Assembly: GCF_009914755.1 (NCBI RefSeq)
Contig: NC_060935.1
Origin: the human T2T-CHM13v2.0 reference genome, Homo sapiens
Length of the DNA stretch: 64,000 nucleotides
Strand: one strand, 5' to 3'
The notes under the pieces: model-generated
What the model saw: the letters and a program-made list of their open reading frames with translations, nothing else
The model's database searches: none
What the model was told of the DNA's origin: nothing
In this document: positions 1 through 12,059 of the stretch, one piece after another
Numbering within the stretch: the stretch's first letter is position 1
How the letters are laid out: each line of letters starts with the position of its first letter
Program-made: the position numbers and the translations under genes

Positions 1-2374
1 ATCCCAATTCTGTCCTGGAGGCATGGCTTTGTACTCACTGCCAGGGAAGGGCCAACGGCCCGGGTCCTATCTGTCTCCCTAACCTCCAGCAGTGGGCCTG
101 GCACAGAATTGGGGCTCGTTATGCTTTTCCAGGGGAAGGGGAGTAATATTCCTCAGGCATTTCCTCTGAGCCAGGCCAGGCTAGGTATCTAGGGAAGGGA
201 GTGGGCGTCTCTCTCACAGGCCAGAGCAGCTGAGTTCTAAACACCCCACCCCCTCCACCCTCTTAGGCAGCAGGCACTATGGAGAGCTTACCTTGGCAGC
301 AGCCTTTCTCTACAAACCAGCTCCCACCCCAGCTCACCACCTTCCATCTTAGACTGGGCCACCAGCTGCTGCTGGAAACCCCAGCGTCAAGGCTTGGCCT
401 AAGCTGGCTGGTCATAGCTGGGGCCCCAGCAAAGTGCCAGGCCCAGGGCACAGGACCAGACCAGGAGGCCCTTGCTGAGGCCACATCCTGCCCTAGAGGG
501 GCTGACAGGCTGATCAGGGCACAGAGCTTGGCTCTCTACCAACCTGCTGTCCCCAGCCAGGCTAGGGCATGGGGGCTTCAGGCCTTGGACCACAAACAAG
601 TCTTACCCAGCCTAAGCCCCCTACAACCATTTTCCCTAGCTAAGCCCTTGGGACACACAGGCTCCTCGGGTCACCCTTCTGCAGCCTTCCTCTGCCCCCA
701 GACTCCTCCCAGGCCTGCTCACATTGACCTCTTGCCCCTCCAACCCCAGCTGCTTCCTGGTCTCCATATCTGGGTCCCAGCCCTGTCCCCTGCATCTGCA
801 GCTCCTCTGGGGCTTCCCTGGGCCCTTCTCTGCCCAAGGCTTTGACTGTACGATCTCCTGAGGTGTCCTCCCCTCACCCACACCCCCCCACACTGCCATG
901 ACTCCCCCTCGGTGCCCCCTTCTCATGGTAGCCTCTGTCTCCCACATGGCTTCCTCTCCGTTTCCTCCCAGTGTCCCACACCCCACTTCCTCTCCACAAG
1001 ATAAAAGGCTCTGGAGAACCCATGAGAACGCATGAGGACTTCCTTCCCTGGGCTCACTCAACCCGGCCTAGGCTCTGGGGCAATCAAGTCACCTAACGTA
1101 GGGTGCTGGGCTTTCCCGGATCACACACCAGTTCAGGAAGGATCAGAAGAGGCTGTCCTGGTGAGGAGTTGGCAGGACCTGGAGGAGGGGAGGACCGGGC
1201 TCCTCAAAGACTCCTCCCTGCCAAAAGCCCAACCGCTGCCCGTGCTGCTGGGTTTTGTGGGTGCAGACTCACAATGACTCATGGTCCAGCTCTACACTAA
1301 GGATGCATCCTGGAATGGGGTGCTCCTAGGAGCCAGAGGAGTCTGATAGGACCCCAGGCAGCCTCCCGCCTCTCCCCAACTTCAGGCAGCTGCAGCATTT
1401 GGAAAATACTCACAGGTGCACACTTAGCACAGACGCCACCCGCCCACCCAACACTCCTCTGCATCCTAAGAAAAACTGAATTTCAGTGCATGTGGGCCCC
1501 ACTTACTAGAGAATGCCATCCCTGACCAGGGGGACCACCAGCCATTCCTGATCTCCCCTTCCTCCCCAACTCTCCTTCCTCTGGGGACTGCTGGCCCAAC
1601 AAAGTTAGCCCCCTTCTGCCCTTAGGGCACAGAAGGCCCCTGACTGGAACTACCCAAGAACCCCATTCTCACCCAAGCAAGGTGTGCCCACCCCCAAAGG
1701 GGAGTCTAGAATTGAGGTTGAGCATATTCAAGACTAAGCAGTGAGCTGGAGGCCCTGCCCAGGCTGTGAGGGGCAAGAAAGCCACCAGCCTACAGGGCAT
1801 TTCATGGGGGTTAGAAAACACAGTTCTATGCGGACGTGACCCTGTGGTGCATGATTTCACAAACAGTACCTTCATGCAATATTGGAAAAACCATTCTCTC
1901 CTCTCAGTGGACACGGTCCTGTTCTGGTGCTCAGGACACATGGCTGGGCAAGCAGAGCCCTGGGCAGATATCAGCCCCTACTCACCTGTGCGAGCAGAGA
2001 GCAACCTGTGCCACTGTGTATGGTGCCCTGAAGGACAGTGCCCCTCGCCACCCACAAGCACCAGTACTGCAAGGGCAGAGGCCAGGGTATTTCAAGGTAA
2101 GAAAAAAACGGTACATTGTGGCATATGCACATGCACACACACACACTGAGGATCTGTGTTTCTGTGCCCCAAGCACATGTGTGCATGCATGTATGTGAAC
2201 CTAGATGGATCTGAGCATGAGCGTGTGCATGTCAGTGAGTGGACCTCTGGCTCTGGCATGTGCCTGCCGGCCACTGAGCCTGGGTCTGAGTTCCGTGTGC
2301 ACATGTCCATATGTGAACATGCCCCAGAACATGTGAGTGCACCACAGGCATCTGAGCACCAGCGGTGCACCCCA

Positions 2375-4385
2375 GGGAACGCGTCCTTCACCAAACTCAT
2401 TTTCCCCTTCTCCTGGGAAGCAAGACTACATTTCCTGACATCCCCTGTGAGTAGGCCTGGTGTATGACTGAGTAGTGGGCACTGCCCGTACCAGTGCCCC
2501 AGCAGCCTCCTGGTGCCACTTTCCATGCTCCTTCTCCTGCAGTGACCTTGGAAACCACAAGTTGAAAATGGAGGCACCACAGATGGAAGGAGTGTGGATT
2601 CCTAAAGCACCCTTGGCAGCAGAGCCACCTGCTGATCAGGCATACCCAGGTAGGGTGCACCTGAGTGAGAAACTTCTCTTGAATTAACTACGGAGATCCG
2701 GGGCTTATCTGTTACAGAAACAAATGTTACTTTAACTAATATAGACACTGGCACCAGAAATGGATGTCACGATAACACAAACCTGAGAAGGCACTCGTGA
2801 CAATCCAAGGCGTGGAGGCTGGGAAGATAAAACCCACATAATGCAGTGGCAAAGCATGTGGTGCACACCGTTGCTCATGAGAACCTGGAGGGTAGGCACT
2901 GCCTGTGGAGTCTGGGCACTGAGGGAAAGGGCTGGGAAAGGCCACTGACCATGAGGCTTCTACTTTCTACTTTTAGTAACATAGTACAAGGAAGAGACCA
3001 AGGAGGCAAGGAGTATGAGGAGGCAAGAACTGGCTGGTTTGCAAGCAGAAGTGAAAAGAATACAGAGAGCCCAGAAATCTGCATCCCACAAGAGTCAGAA
3101 GAGGCCACTGCTTCCAAACAGTAAGAGAGAAAAGTGAAAAAGGCTTTGAGGACAATGGCGCAGTAAAACTTCTCACCTGAATAAGAGCACTCAGCCTTGC
3201 TCAAGGATCAGATTTAGGGGTTGCCCCCCGCCCCCGCAACCTCCCACCTATTGTTTCAAATGTCCTCAAGACAATCACCACTGTATTAAGAGAAAGAGGC
3301 ATGGGGGCAGAGCAACAAGGAAATAAATGAGGCTTGAGAACTGTGTCTAGGTGGGGTTACTTTGAACCTTAAACCACCCTTGGGCCCCAAATCTGCATGA
3401 GCAGGGGTGGGCTATCATGCTACAGCACCCCCAAGGAGGACATTGTTCCCAACACCCACTTCAGACATGGCCATGGAGAAGGAGGACTGGGAGGAACTTC
3501 CCAGAGGGGACAGCCAGGGACCCCAGACAAAGGAGAGGGGAGTCTCCCCCAGAGAGCAGAATCTCTCCCAGGGTTTAATGAAGAAATTTCCCCCACTGCA
3601 GGGGCAGAGAGCCTGGCCTGCCTGCCTGCTGGATTTCCTCAGCGCTAGCAGCACACATTGGCCTGTGTGAATCTAGGCTGCTGTGTGTCTTCCATTTTTC
3701 CCTCTGCCCCACACCACAGTATGCTGGGTGTGTATCGGGCTGTGGGAGCAGTGAGATAAATGATCCATTTAGTTCCTGGGTATCCAGATCACATATGGGT
3801 CCCCATTCCAGAGGAGCCAGGTCTTGACTGGATGCGGTGGGCCACCATCTCCCAGACATCATGAGCTTTGAGATGAATGCCCTAGCTGGTTGGGACTTTG
3901 GGTGGTCTCCCTTGGGGAGGGGTGGGTGTGTCCTGGAGGTGAGAAAGAGTGAAACGGATCCTTGATGACCACAGGCAAGCCGGTGACAAATAATTCACTA
4001 GCTGGGCCCCAGACCTGTTTCTGCTTCCTCCTCAGGGCACAGCAAGGCCATACCTCACAGCCTTCCTTAAAGCTAGGCTGGGCCCCATGACTGAGCTCCA
4101 GGCAACAGAATGTGGGCAGGAGCCTGCACGCCTCTCCCACGGCTGGCCCATAAAATCTTCCACTTCACAACTCCATGCCGGGTCCCCTTCCACCACAACT
4201 CAGGAAGTCACCTGTTGAAGATGGTGCAGCCACAAGATGGAGAGGGTCCAAGCCTTGAGTCATCACTTGGAGAAGAGTGGCCCACCAATCAGGAACACTT
4301 GTTTATAACTTACATGAATGAGAAATACATTTCTATGTGTTAAACCAATAGATGTTGTCTATTATAGCAACTAGTGCTACCTTGA
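2375..4385 (+). mobile_element. Old MaLR (MLT1-type) element: LTR ~2375-2742, internal ~2743-3983, LTR ~3984-4385
   Basis: Two diverged same-orientation segments share MLT1 hallmarks (TTCCCCTTCTCC..GACTACATTTCC, ATGACTGAG, GTTGAARATGG..CACA, TGAGAAA..TTCT, TGTTACAG end). Boundaries approximate, subfamily not determined. Confidence 0.65.
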
Positions 4386-4389
4386 GACC

Positions 4390-4809
4390 CTCTTGGAATC
4401 TGAACACACTGTGGTTCTACGGGTCTCGGCAAATGTGTCTGTGACTCTGTGGAGTTAAGCCTGCATGTGCCTCTGAGGGTCTCATTCATGTGTGCATGAG
4501 GGCAATGCTTCAGGAGGGATGCTTGCATGGAGTAAGTGCAGGAGGCTGCTTCTGTGGGTCTGAGCATACATGGGCCTGGGTGAATCTGAATACACATGTG
4601 TGTATGTGTGTGCTCCTGTGGGTCTAAACAACTGTGTGTACTTACCTGAGTGGGAGCACACAGGCATACAGGCATGCCTTGTACTGTGTCTGAACATGTG
4701 TGCATGCCCTACAAGTCTGAGGATATGTGTGTGCCCTTCTGTGTGCCACTGCATGGGTACCTTGGAGCACAGAAGTGCACTTGCACCTGTGTGGGCTAAT
4801 GTAGGCCCA

Positions 4810-4858
<49 letters not shown>

Positions 4859-6320
4859 ACCTCTGTACAGGTCTAAGCACATGAACTTGCATGTCTATGC
4901 ATATGTGTGTACATATGTATTCTTCTGTGAGTGTGAACCAGTATGCATGTTTCAGCAGGTAAGCGTGTGTGTGTGTGTGTACACTGCTGTGGCACTCAGC
5001 ACATTGACTGTGCATGGAAGTATGAGCTTCTATAGGGGCGGGCTTGGTGGGAGAGGTGCAGGTCTGTGAAGCTGAACAAATTGTGTGTGTATGAGGCCCC
5101 TGGGGTTGAGCACACAGCCTGCCTCTGAGAATGTGCACATCTGAACCCCTGTGAGTCTTACCCAGGTGCACATTTGTGTACATGTGGGCATGCCTCTGGG
5201 GGTTGGACACACATGTTGGTGCATGAGTACACCTCTCTGCAGATATGTATGTGTGCATTGTGGTGAGTATACTTATACACACATGTACCTCTGTGAGCCT
5301 GGTCATAGATGTGCATTTCTGTAAGTACATGTGGGCACACATGTGCACTGTGGTGGGTCTAAGCACACTGCTTACTTGCCTGATCTGAACATGCATACAG
5401 GTCTCTGCGGTTCTGAAACACATGTGAGCATCTGCCTGTCTGAACATGCATGTAGGACTCTGTGGTCTGAGCACCTGTGTGTGTTACACAGGTGGATCTG
5501 TGCACATATGTGTGCCTCTGAGCTGAGCACAGATGTATAATCTGTGAGTCCGAGGGCGTGTCACAAGGTATATGTCTCACTGAGCCTAAGCACATATTCA
5601 CACACACTCAGGTCTGAACACAGATGTGTGTGTCCTGTCCTGAGTGCCTGCAATATGCAAGTCTGTCTCTGGGTCTGAGCATGTGTGTGTGATTCTGAAC
5701 ATTCAGCATGGGTGTCAGTAGATATGAGTGTGTGGGTGTGCCTCAGTGGGTCTGAACATGCATGCACACATAGCTCAGAACACAGCCAAGTGCCTTGGTG
5801 TGAGACACACAATATGTGTGCCTTGGTGCAACTGAACACACACACAAGTGTGAACCTCTGGGAGCTGAGTAGGTGCACACGTGTGCATCTGAGTGCCTCT
5901 GCGGCTATTTCTGGAGCTCTAAGCACACACATGCAAGAGTTGGTAGCTCTGAGTGCATGCATGTGCTTTCATTAGGCTATGCATGTGTGCATGAGTTTAT
6001 GCTTCTGTGAGTCTCAACAGGTGTGTATCTGTGTTTATGGACTTCAGGGGGGTATAAGCACACACATGTCTCTTGGAGTCTAAGCATGTGTGTGCCTCTG
6101 TTGGTCTAGGTACAAATAGTGTGTGCTCCTCTAGGTTTGAACGTGTGTGTGTGTGTATGTGTGTGTGTGGAAGTGGGCCCATGTGAGCTTGCTGGTGGGT
6201 ATGTAAATGTATGTATGTGTAGGGCTGTATGTGTGCATGCCTCTGGTCATACATGTGCATACAGACCCTGCCTCTGTGGGTCTGAGCCTGTGTGTGCTCT
6301 TCTCTTCCTGCACGTCTCGG
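4390..6320. repeat. Degenerate TG-rich tandem array (core ~CTCTGTGGGTCTGAGCACATGTG)
   Basis: More than 10 recognisable core variants embedded in TG/CATG-rich sequence; similar sequence at ~2110-2370. Confidence 0.8.
4813..4850. repeat. (GT)19 microsatellite
   Basis: Direct reading. Confidence 0.95.
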
Positions 6321-9274
6321 GTTGTGCAAAGTCAGATCCCCTCAGGGGCCAGGCCCAGGACACAATATGTGGGTTGGGCCAGCTGAGACAACTATGAGTG
6401 GGTACATTACCGATGGTGCATGCCCTGCTAAAGGCACTCCCATTCAAAAGCCAACCTCAGCTAAAATAACCGTGTAGATGATGGTCTCACTAAACAAGGG
6501 AGAAAGTATGGGCCAGGGTCTGTGGAGGAGCCCAGGTTAGGGAAAAGGGTGAAAAGGTGAGCAGAAATGATCCCAGACCCAGGGATGAGGATCTGCAAGG
6601 TGGGAGAGGTAAAACCCCATGGGGTCTCCAGCGAGGCTGCCCCCACCTCTGACACTGGAGCCAAGGGAGTCCTGGCCGTCTGCTGGAGAAAAGCCTCCTT
6701 GCATTTGGGCCTGGGAGAGGCTCTGGGCGGCATGGCATGGTCTACACGAGACTGGGAGACCCTGGAGTCATTTTGGTCCTTGCCTGGCCTCCCATTGGGA
6801 TGATGAGGATCCATCGTTAAACCTTTCACAGTGGTGCAAATGTGGACGTGTAAGCATGTGCGATGCAGGCTTAGGGGAGAGGCTGTGGCTTCTGGCAGTT
6901 TCCTCTGGGGGCTCCAGAGTGTACTCTGCCCTCCCTCCTGGCCTTACTTTTAAAGCTGGGTGCTGGAATGGCTATCAGCCCCTCTCTATCCCAGGCTTCT
7001 AGACCTCCTCCACCCTTCATCCTCTACTTGGCCCTTTTCCCAAGAGGGTGGCTCAGTGGTCAGTGACCTCACAGATCCCTGACTGGGAACCAGCTGACCC
7101 GCCTGCTTCAGCGCCTCCTCACCCTCTGCCCTAATGCAGCCTAAAAGGGCTCAGACCACCAATGCACCCATTCAGCATCAGACCCAGGCCCCTGACTAGA
7201 CTCCAAGACAGGGCTGGGAGGCTAGAACTTCGGTGGGCAGAGTATGGCCCAGGTGGGATCCAGTGTGCACTGCATGCCCCTACGTGGTGACCATCTGGCC
7301 CCAGATACCCCTCTGCAGGGTGCAGGGAAAGCAGAGACTCCTCCTGTTACCCAGGAATTCCTGTCCCAGAGTGTGTGAACATGGGCACCTGTGTGTAAAC
7401 ACATGTGGTGCCACTCAGTGCCCTTTCTTCAGGACCCTCAAAGACCGTTGTCCCCAGAGCCCCGTCCCAGAGCTTTTATGGGGCCGCTCATCACAGCCAC
7501 TTCCAGCAGGCCTGGGCTAGCAGTGCTGTGTTGGCCACAGGAGCCACCAATAAACGCCTAGAGCTCAGAGCAGTAAAGCAGGGCAGGGGGTACTGTGTGT
7601 TGAAGTCACCAGATGCCCAGAGCCCCCCAAAGCAATGGAGGCATTGGAGTGTACATCCTTGAGCCAAGATCGCCCCAGGGGAAGAAGTAACAGCACTCAG
7701 CAGAGGGGCCTCCTAGAGAGGAAGGCATCTGACCCAGAAAGCACAGGCCCTGGGCTATGGAAAGGAAGGCCTTTCTGGCCCAGCAGCTGGCAGCTCCCCT
7801 GAAGGTCCCTGGGCCCAGGCCCATGGGAATGACCCCTCTCAGCTCTAGCCTACTTGGGGGACATGGAGGGCAACTGGGCTTTAGCCTCTGGGTCTGGGCG
7901 CCTGTGCCCCAGAAACCCCTCTGCCCTTGGTTTTTGAAGCTGAGCCTCTGCCCCAAGGCTCCACAGGCCATGCTATGGTCCTGCTCTATCCACACCCCTT
8001 CCAAGGTCGTGGCCCACCCTCAGCCTGAATGTCTTTTCTGGAGCTGGGAGGCCCCCAGGCCAGATTCACAGGATGTATCCAGGGCTCACTGCCCACCTCC
8101 TGACCACATAATCTCCCCCAACCCCGCAAGCACCGGCCCCAACCTCCAGCCTTCTGGTACCAACAACCCAGGTGCCACCCATTGCAAGGTAATGGGGAGA
8201 AGTCTCCAGCAGCCCAAGCGAGAAACGTGGGTGGCCCTCCACTCCCACAGACTCATCTGGCAGCCACCGAGGCCCACACTCCTCCACTGGGAAATCTGGC
8301 CACATCCAGTCCTTTCTCTGCTCCCTCTGCCAGCCTCAAGTATCCCACCCTCCCCCAGCTGCTCTTGGCCACCCCCAACCTGCTCAAATGAGCAGCCTTG
8401 GCACTCACTGCACCACTCCACATCCCACACTTCTCAAGCAGCACTCAAGGCCACCCCCGCTTTGCCAGCCTGGTCTCTCTCTGTGGCTGCACCCTTGGCT
8501 CCAGCAAGAAGTATCAAGCAGAGGCCTAGAAAGCACTCCCTGGCCCCATTGCCCCAGGCCCTGGAGAGCCTTCCCTCCCAGCCCTGCTCTCCTCCTACAG
8601 CAGCTCCCCCACTAGAATCTGGGCCAGACCTCAGGCCCTAATATTCCCCAGGAGACCACAAGTCTGGTCTAGGGGGAACCTCCCACCCAGCACACTATCG
8701 GATTCAGAGCAGTCACTGTGTTGTAACTGCCTCACCTTGGCCTGGCAGTCCTGGCAGTGTCCACTCTGGGAACACTTCAGACAGAGCACAGGACACCTCC
8801 CAACACCCAGGAGAAGAGGAGGGCCCAGGATCCAGCAGAGATCTCCTCTACTAGTGGCCTAGAGAGCACCAGGCCTCAGGGGCAGGTGGGAGTTGTGGTT
8901 CTGGACCCAAGAACTGATGGGAGTTGTAGTTCCTAAGCCATGTTCACCCTCCCCCACCCCAGGGACTCATGGGAGCTGCAGTTACTCATCCTCCTAGGGA
9001 AACGCCTCCCTCCTTCTCTCCCAGCACCTCTTGGCTCTCAACCCCAGGACCCCAGGCTAAGGACCTCACTACCTCTGAGGGGCTGGGAACCAAAAGGCAT
9101 CTTGCCAGAGAGCAGCTGAGGGACTGGGAGGATGTTAGGCAAGGGGGAACTATCAGGGAAAGCTAAGGCCTGGCAGCAGGCCCTGGGGCTTGGGCCAGGT
9201 GGCAGGGACAGTCGCCCCCCTCCCAGCAGCATCGCAGAGGGACCCGGGGCAGGGGAGGGGGGAAAGGCACTCAC

Positions 9275-9353
9275 CAGTACTGGGCTCACACTCCTCCAGG
9301 TCCTCATCATCGCTTGGACACTCAGCAGAGGCCACCAGCAGGTCATCTGTGTT
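9275..9353 (-). CDS. NRXN2: NRXN2 penultimate exon, 79 nt: [27 protein letters not shown] (heparan-sulfate Ser and Cys-loop)
   Basis: cctcag|AAC acceptor, ACTG|gtgagt donor; phase 0 to 1. Confidence 0.97.
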
Positions 9354-10488
9354 CTGAGGGGCGAGAGAAGGGGTGGGGAAAGAGAGGTTCCAGGCAGGTC
9401 AGCAGATCCCACAGCTGCCACTTGAGGTGCACGGTGGCACAGGGGATGCCCCTGGGCTGAGACGGACCAGACTGGTCTGAGTCCCAGCCCTCCCATCTCT
9501 TGCTGGCTGACCTCGGGCCTCCATTTCCTGCTATGCACAGGGAACTCCCCAGCAACAGCCCTGCAGGTTTTCATGGCTTCCGAAGGTCAGTGAAACAGCA
9601 CACATGGTGCTTTTTATTTCTCGGAAGTGAGGAGAGTGGACGCCAGACTTTGACCTGCAGCGCCAGGGCAAGAGGATCTAGGATGCCTCAGGGAAGGTGC
9701 CAGGGAGGCAAGGCCCTATGGGGCGGAGCCTGCAGAGGCCAGCGCAGGCAGAATAGGGCCAGGCCCTGGAGGGTTTCCTGGCTCCAGCTTCACCACCCAT
9801 CACCCCTCATCTCTCTCCCAACCCCCTTTCCTGGAGCCTGAGAGAGCCGGGCTGCACACAGTAATTAGGGCTGTGGTTGCCATGACGACAAGAGTAGACT
9901 TTGTCAGCATTTTCTCTCTTACTTATTGCAAAGAAAGAGAATCCCCAAGATGAGTGAGTGTAAGGAGGAGGGGGGCGCTCAGGGGCATGAAGGAGGAGAC
10001 CCAAGGAGGGAAATCAAAAGTCCAGGCAAGAAGGGAGCGCGAGAAACTGCGGGAAGGTGAGGAGAGAGCTAGGCTGAAGGACAAGGACGAGCAGGGTTGA
10101 AAGGGTCATAACCTGCCTCTTCCCAGCCCATGATCTTCAGACTCAACAGCCCTCACTCACCCAAGGGCAAGGCAGTGCCTGGAGGACCCAGCTCCCTTCT
10201 GCATTCTTGCCCCCTCGGCACCAGCCTCCATCTTGGGCTTCCCCACCACAGCAGTGACTCCTGGGACTCCCACCTCTCTCTTCCACCAGGATGATCTGCC
10301 CATCACCCTCCCACTGAGACCAGACAGCCCCTCGTCCCCTATGATTTGGAGGGTATTGGGCATGGTGGGTACCCAGCCTTGGGTAGAGCCCAGACCTTTT
10401 CCCCAAGGGCTCCCTGCTCCCTCGGGGCAAAGTCTTCAGGTCTCCTCAGCTTTCTTTGCAGAGAGGAAGTGGGTACAGGCTTGTCTCT

Positions 10489-11037
10489 CTGATCTGGATG
10501 GCCCCAGCTAGCCTAGTCCCAGGCTTCCTGCAGCACAGACTGGCAGGGAGGAGGGGTCTTAAAGCACATGGAGCCCACCCCTCAGAGGGAGAAGCTGAAG
10601 ACAGACTGGTGACAGAGGGAGGAGCACATCCTCATGGCCACCCCCAGATCCTGCCCTCACCCTAGAAGGACAGAGGGTGCCTAACAGCCATAGGCTGCCA
10701 GACAGGGCGATGGGAAGAGAAGGGGTGGCCAAAAAAGGCCTTCATGCCAGGTGTGAGCCCTCCCTGTGCTAACGGTCAGAGCAAGCACAGGAGGCAACAA
10801 CTAGAAAACAGCCCAGCCTGGGCTGCCTCAGGAAGTCACACAGGCCTGTCCTGCTCCAGCAGAGCCCCATTCCCCAGGTGCAGGCCCCTCCAGTCCTGCC
10901 CTATCGCTAGGGCTTGACCTGACCCAGGAAACACCTGAGCAGGTGGGGTGGGCTCCATGTGCTTCAAGGCCCCTCCTCCCTACCAGTCTGTGCTGCAGGA
11001 AGCCTGGGACTAGGCTAGCTGGGGCCATCCAGATCAG
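10489..11037. repeat. 93-bp inverted repeat (arms 10489-10581 and 10945-11037, 90/93 identical, 363-nt spacer)
   Basis: Arms aligned by hand; the same peptide LIWMAPASLVPGFLQHRL appears in opposite-strand ORFs. Confidence 0.95.
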
Positions 11038-11733
11038 CAGGTGGGGTGAGCACCAGGGAACTGTCTGCACTGAGACCCCCTCAGACGCACAGATGGAGAG
11101 GACACTGAAGCTGCCTGAGTTGTGGTGCCTGCTCATAGTCACATGGAGAGGGCTTGTGAAGGCAATGGACTTGCAGCCAGGGCTTTCCCACTGCAGGGAC
11201 CCCAGCAAACAAGGAGAGGCTCCTCCTAGCTTCCACCAGCCTCTGGAGAGGGGCTGCCCATGCCAGGTGACTGCATCCAGCCCTCCCATGCTGTCACCCC
11301 TGCCCACAGCAGGGCCAGCCTGGTACCATCCATCTCCCACTCTCTGCCCACACAGAACGCTAGGCATGGCCTTCACTGGGGAAGCAGAAGGAGCCATCCT
11401 ACTCTCACCCCAAGTCCAGACTTCATCTCTCTTAGGTAGGGTGGTCTTCTCTCATATAACTGGGCCATCAAACTCCTCCCCAATTCTGGGAATGGTCCCT
11501 CTAGAAATAGTGGTCACCCCCACATCACAAGATCCCTGGTCATTAGGGTGAAGGCCACTTCCTGAAAGGTGACCTTGCCCATCGCCATGGCAACAAAGTC
11601 AGCGACAGCAGCCTTCAGGATCCCAACAGACCCCTTGGACCCTCACTCTAGGCACCACTACTGTGGCTATGCAGATATCAACCCCATCCCCACCTATCCC
11701 TGCCCTAATCCACCAGCCAGAGTGGGGCCTCAC

Positions 11734-12059
11734 CTGGGTGGTGCTGTCCCTCAGTGTGGGGGAGCGGCCCCGGCGCGTGGTGGTAGTGGCCATGGTGGTG
11801 GTAGTCTCCATGATGGTGGTGGCCATGTCAGCCAGCAGGGTGGTGGCCGTGGTCTCCGCACTGAGCAGCACGGACGGCCCCTCCCCCACCAGGCGCAGGT
11901 GACCCTCAGTCCGCACATTGGGGTCGCTCTCGGCGGCCAGCGCCAGCACCTTGAGCCCATTGTAGTAGAGGCCGGACACCTGGCCCTGGAAGGGGCGGCC
12001 CTGATCCCGGCCCCCGATCTTGATGGCAGCCTGGCTGTTGAAGATGGTCAGCTGGCGGC
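11734..12059 (-). CDS. NRXN2: NRXN2 exon, 326 nt: end of LNS6 plus Thr-rich O-glycosylated stalk ([10 protein letters not shown]...RDSTTQ)
   Basis: tgcaag|GC acceptor, CAG|gtgagg donor; phase 1 to 0. Confidence 0.97.

Noticed and set aside
2423-2437. GACTACATTTCC ZNF143-like motif
   Set aside because: Part of the MLT1 LTR consensus.
4482-5474. 330-aa His/Thr/Cys-rich ORF
   Set aside because: Translation of the TG/CA low-complexity array, which lacks stops by composition.
7757-8641. 294-aa + strand ORF
   Set aside because: C-rich intronic sequence with no recognisable domain or supporting gene structure.
10143-10430. Strong donor TGG|gtgagt at 10161 as a gamma-like exon
   Set aside because: No in-frame ATG and no pyrimidine-rich acceptor upstream.
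11862-11880. RE1-like TGAGCAGCACGGACGGCCC
   Set aside because: Four mismatches including core positions; explained by coding sequence.
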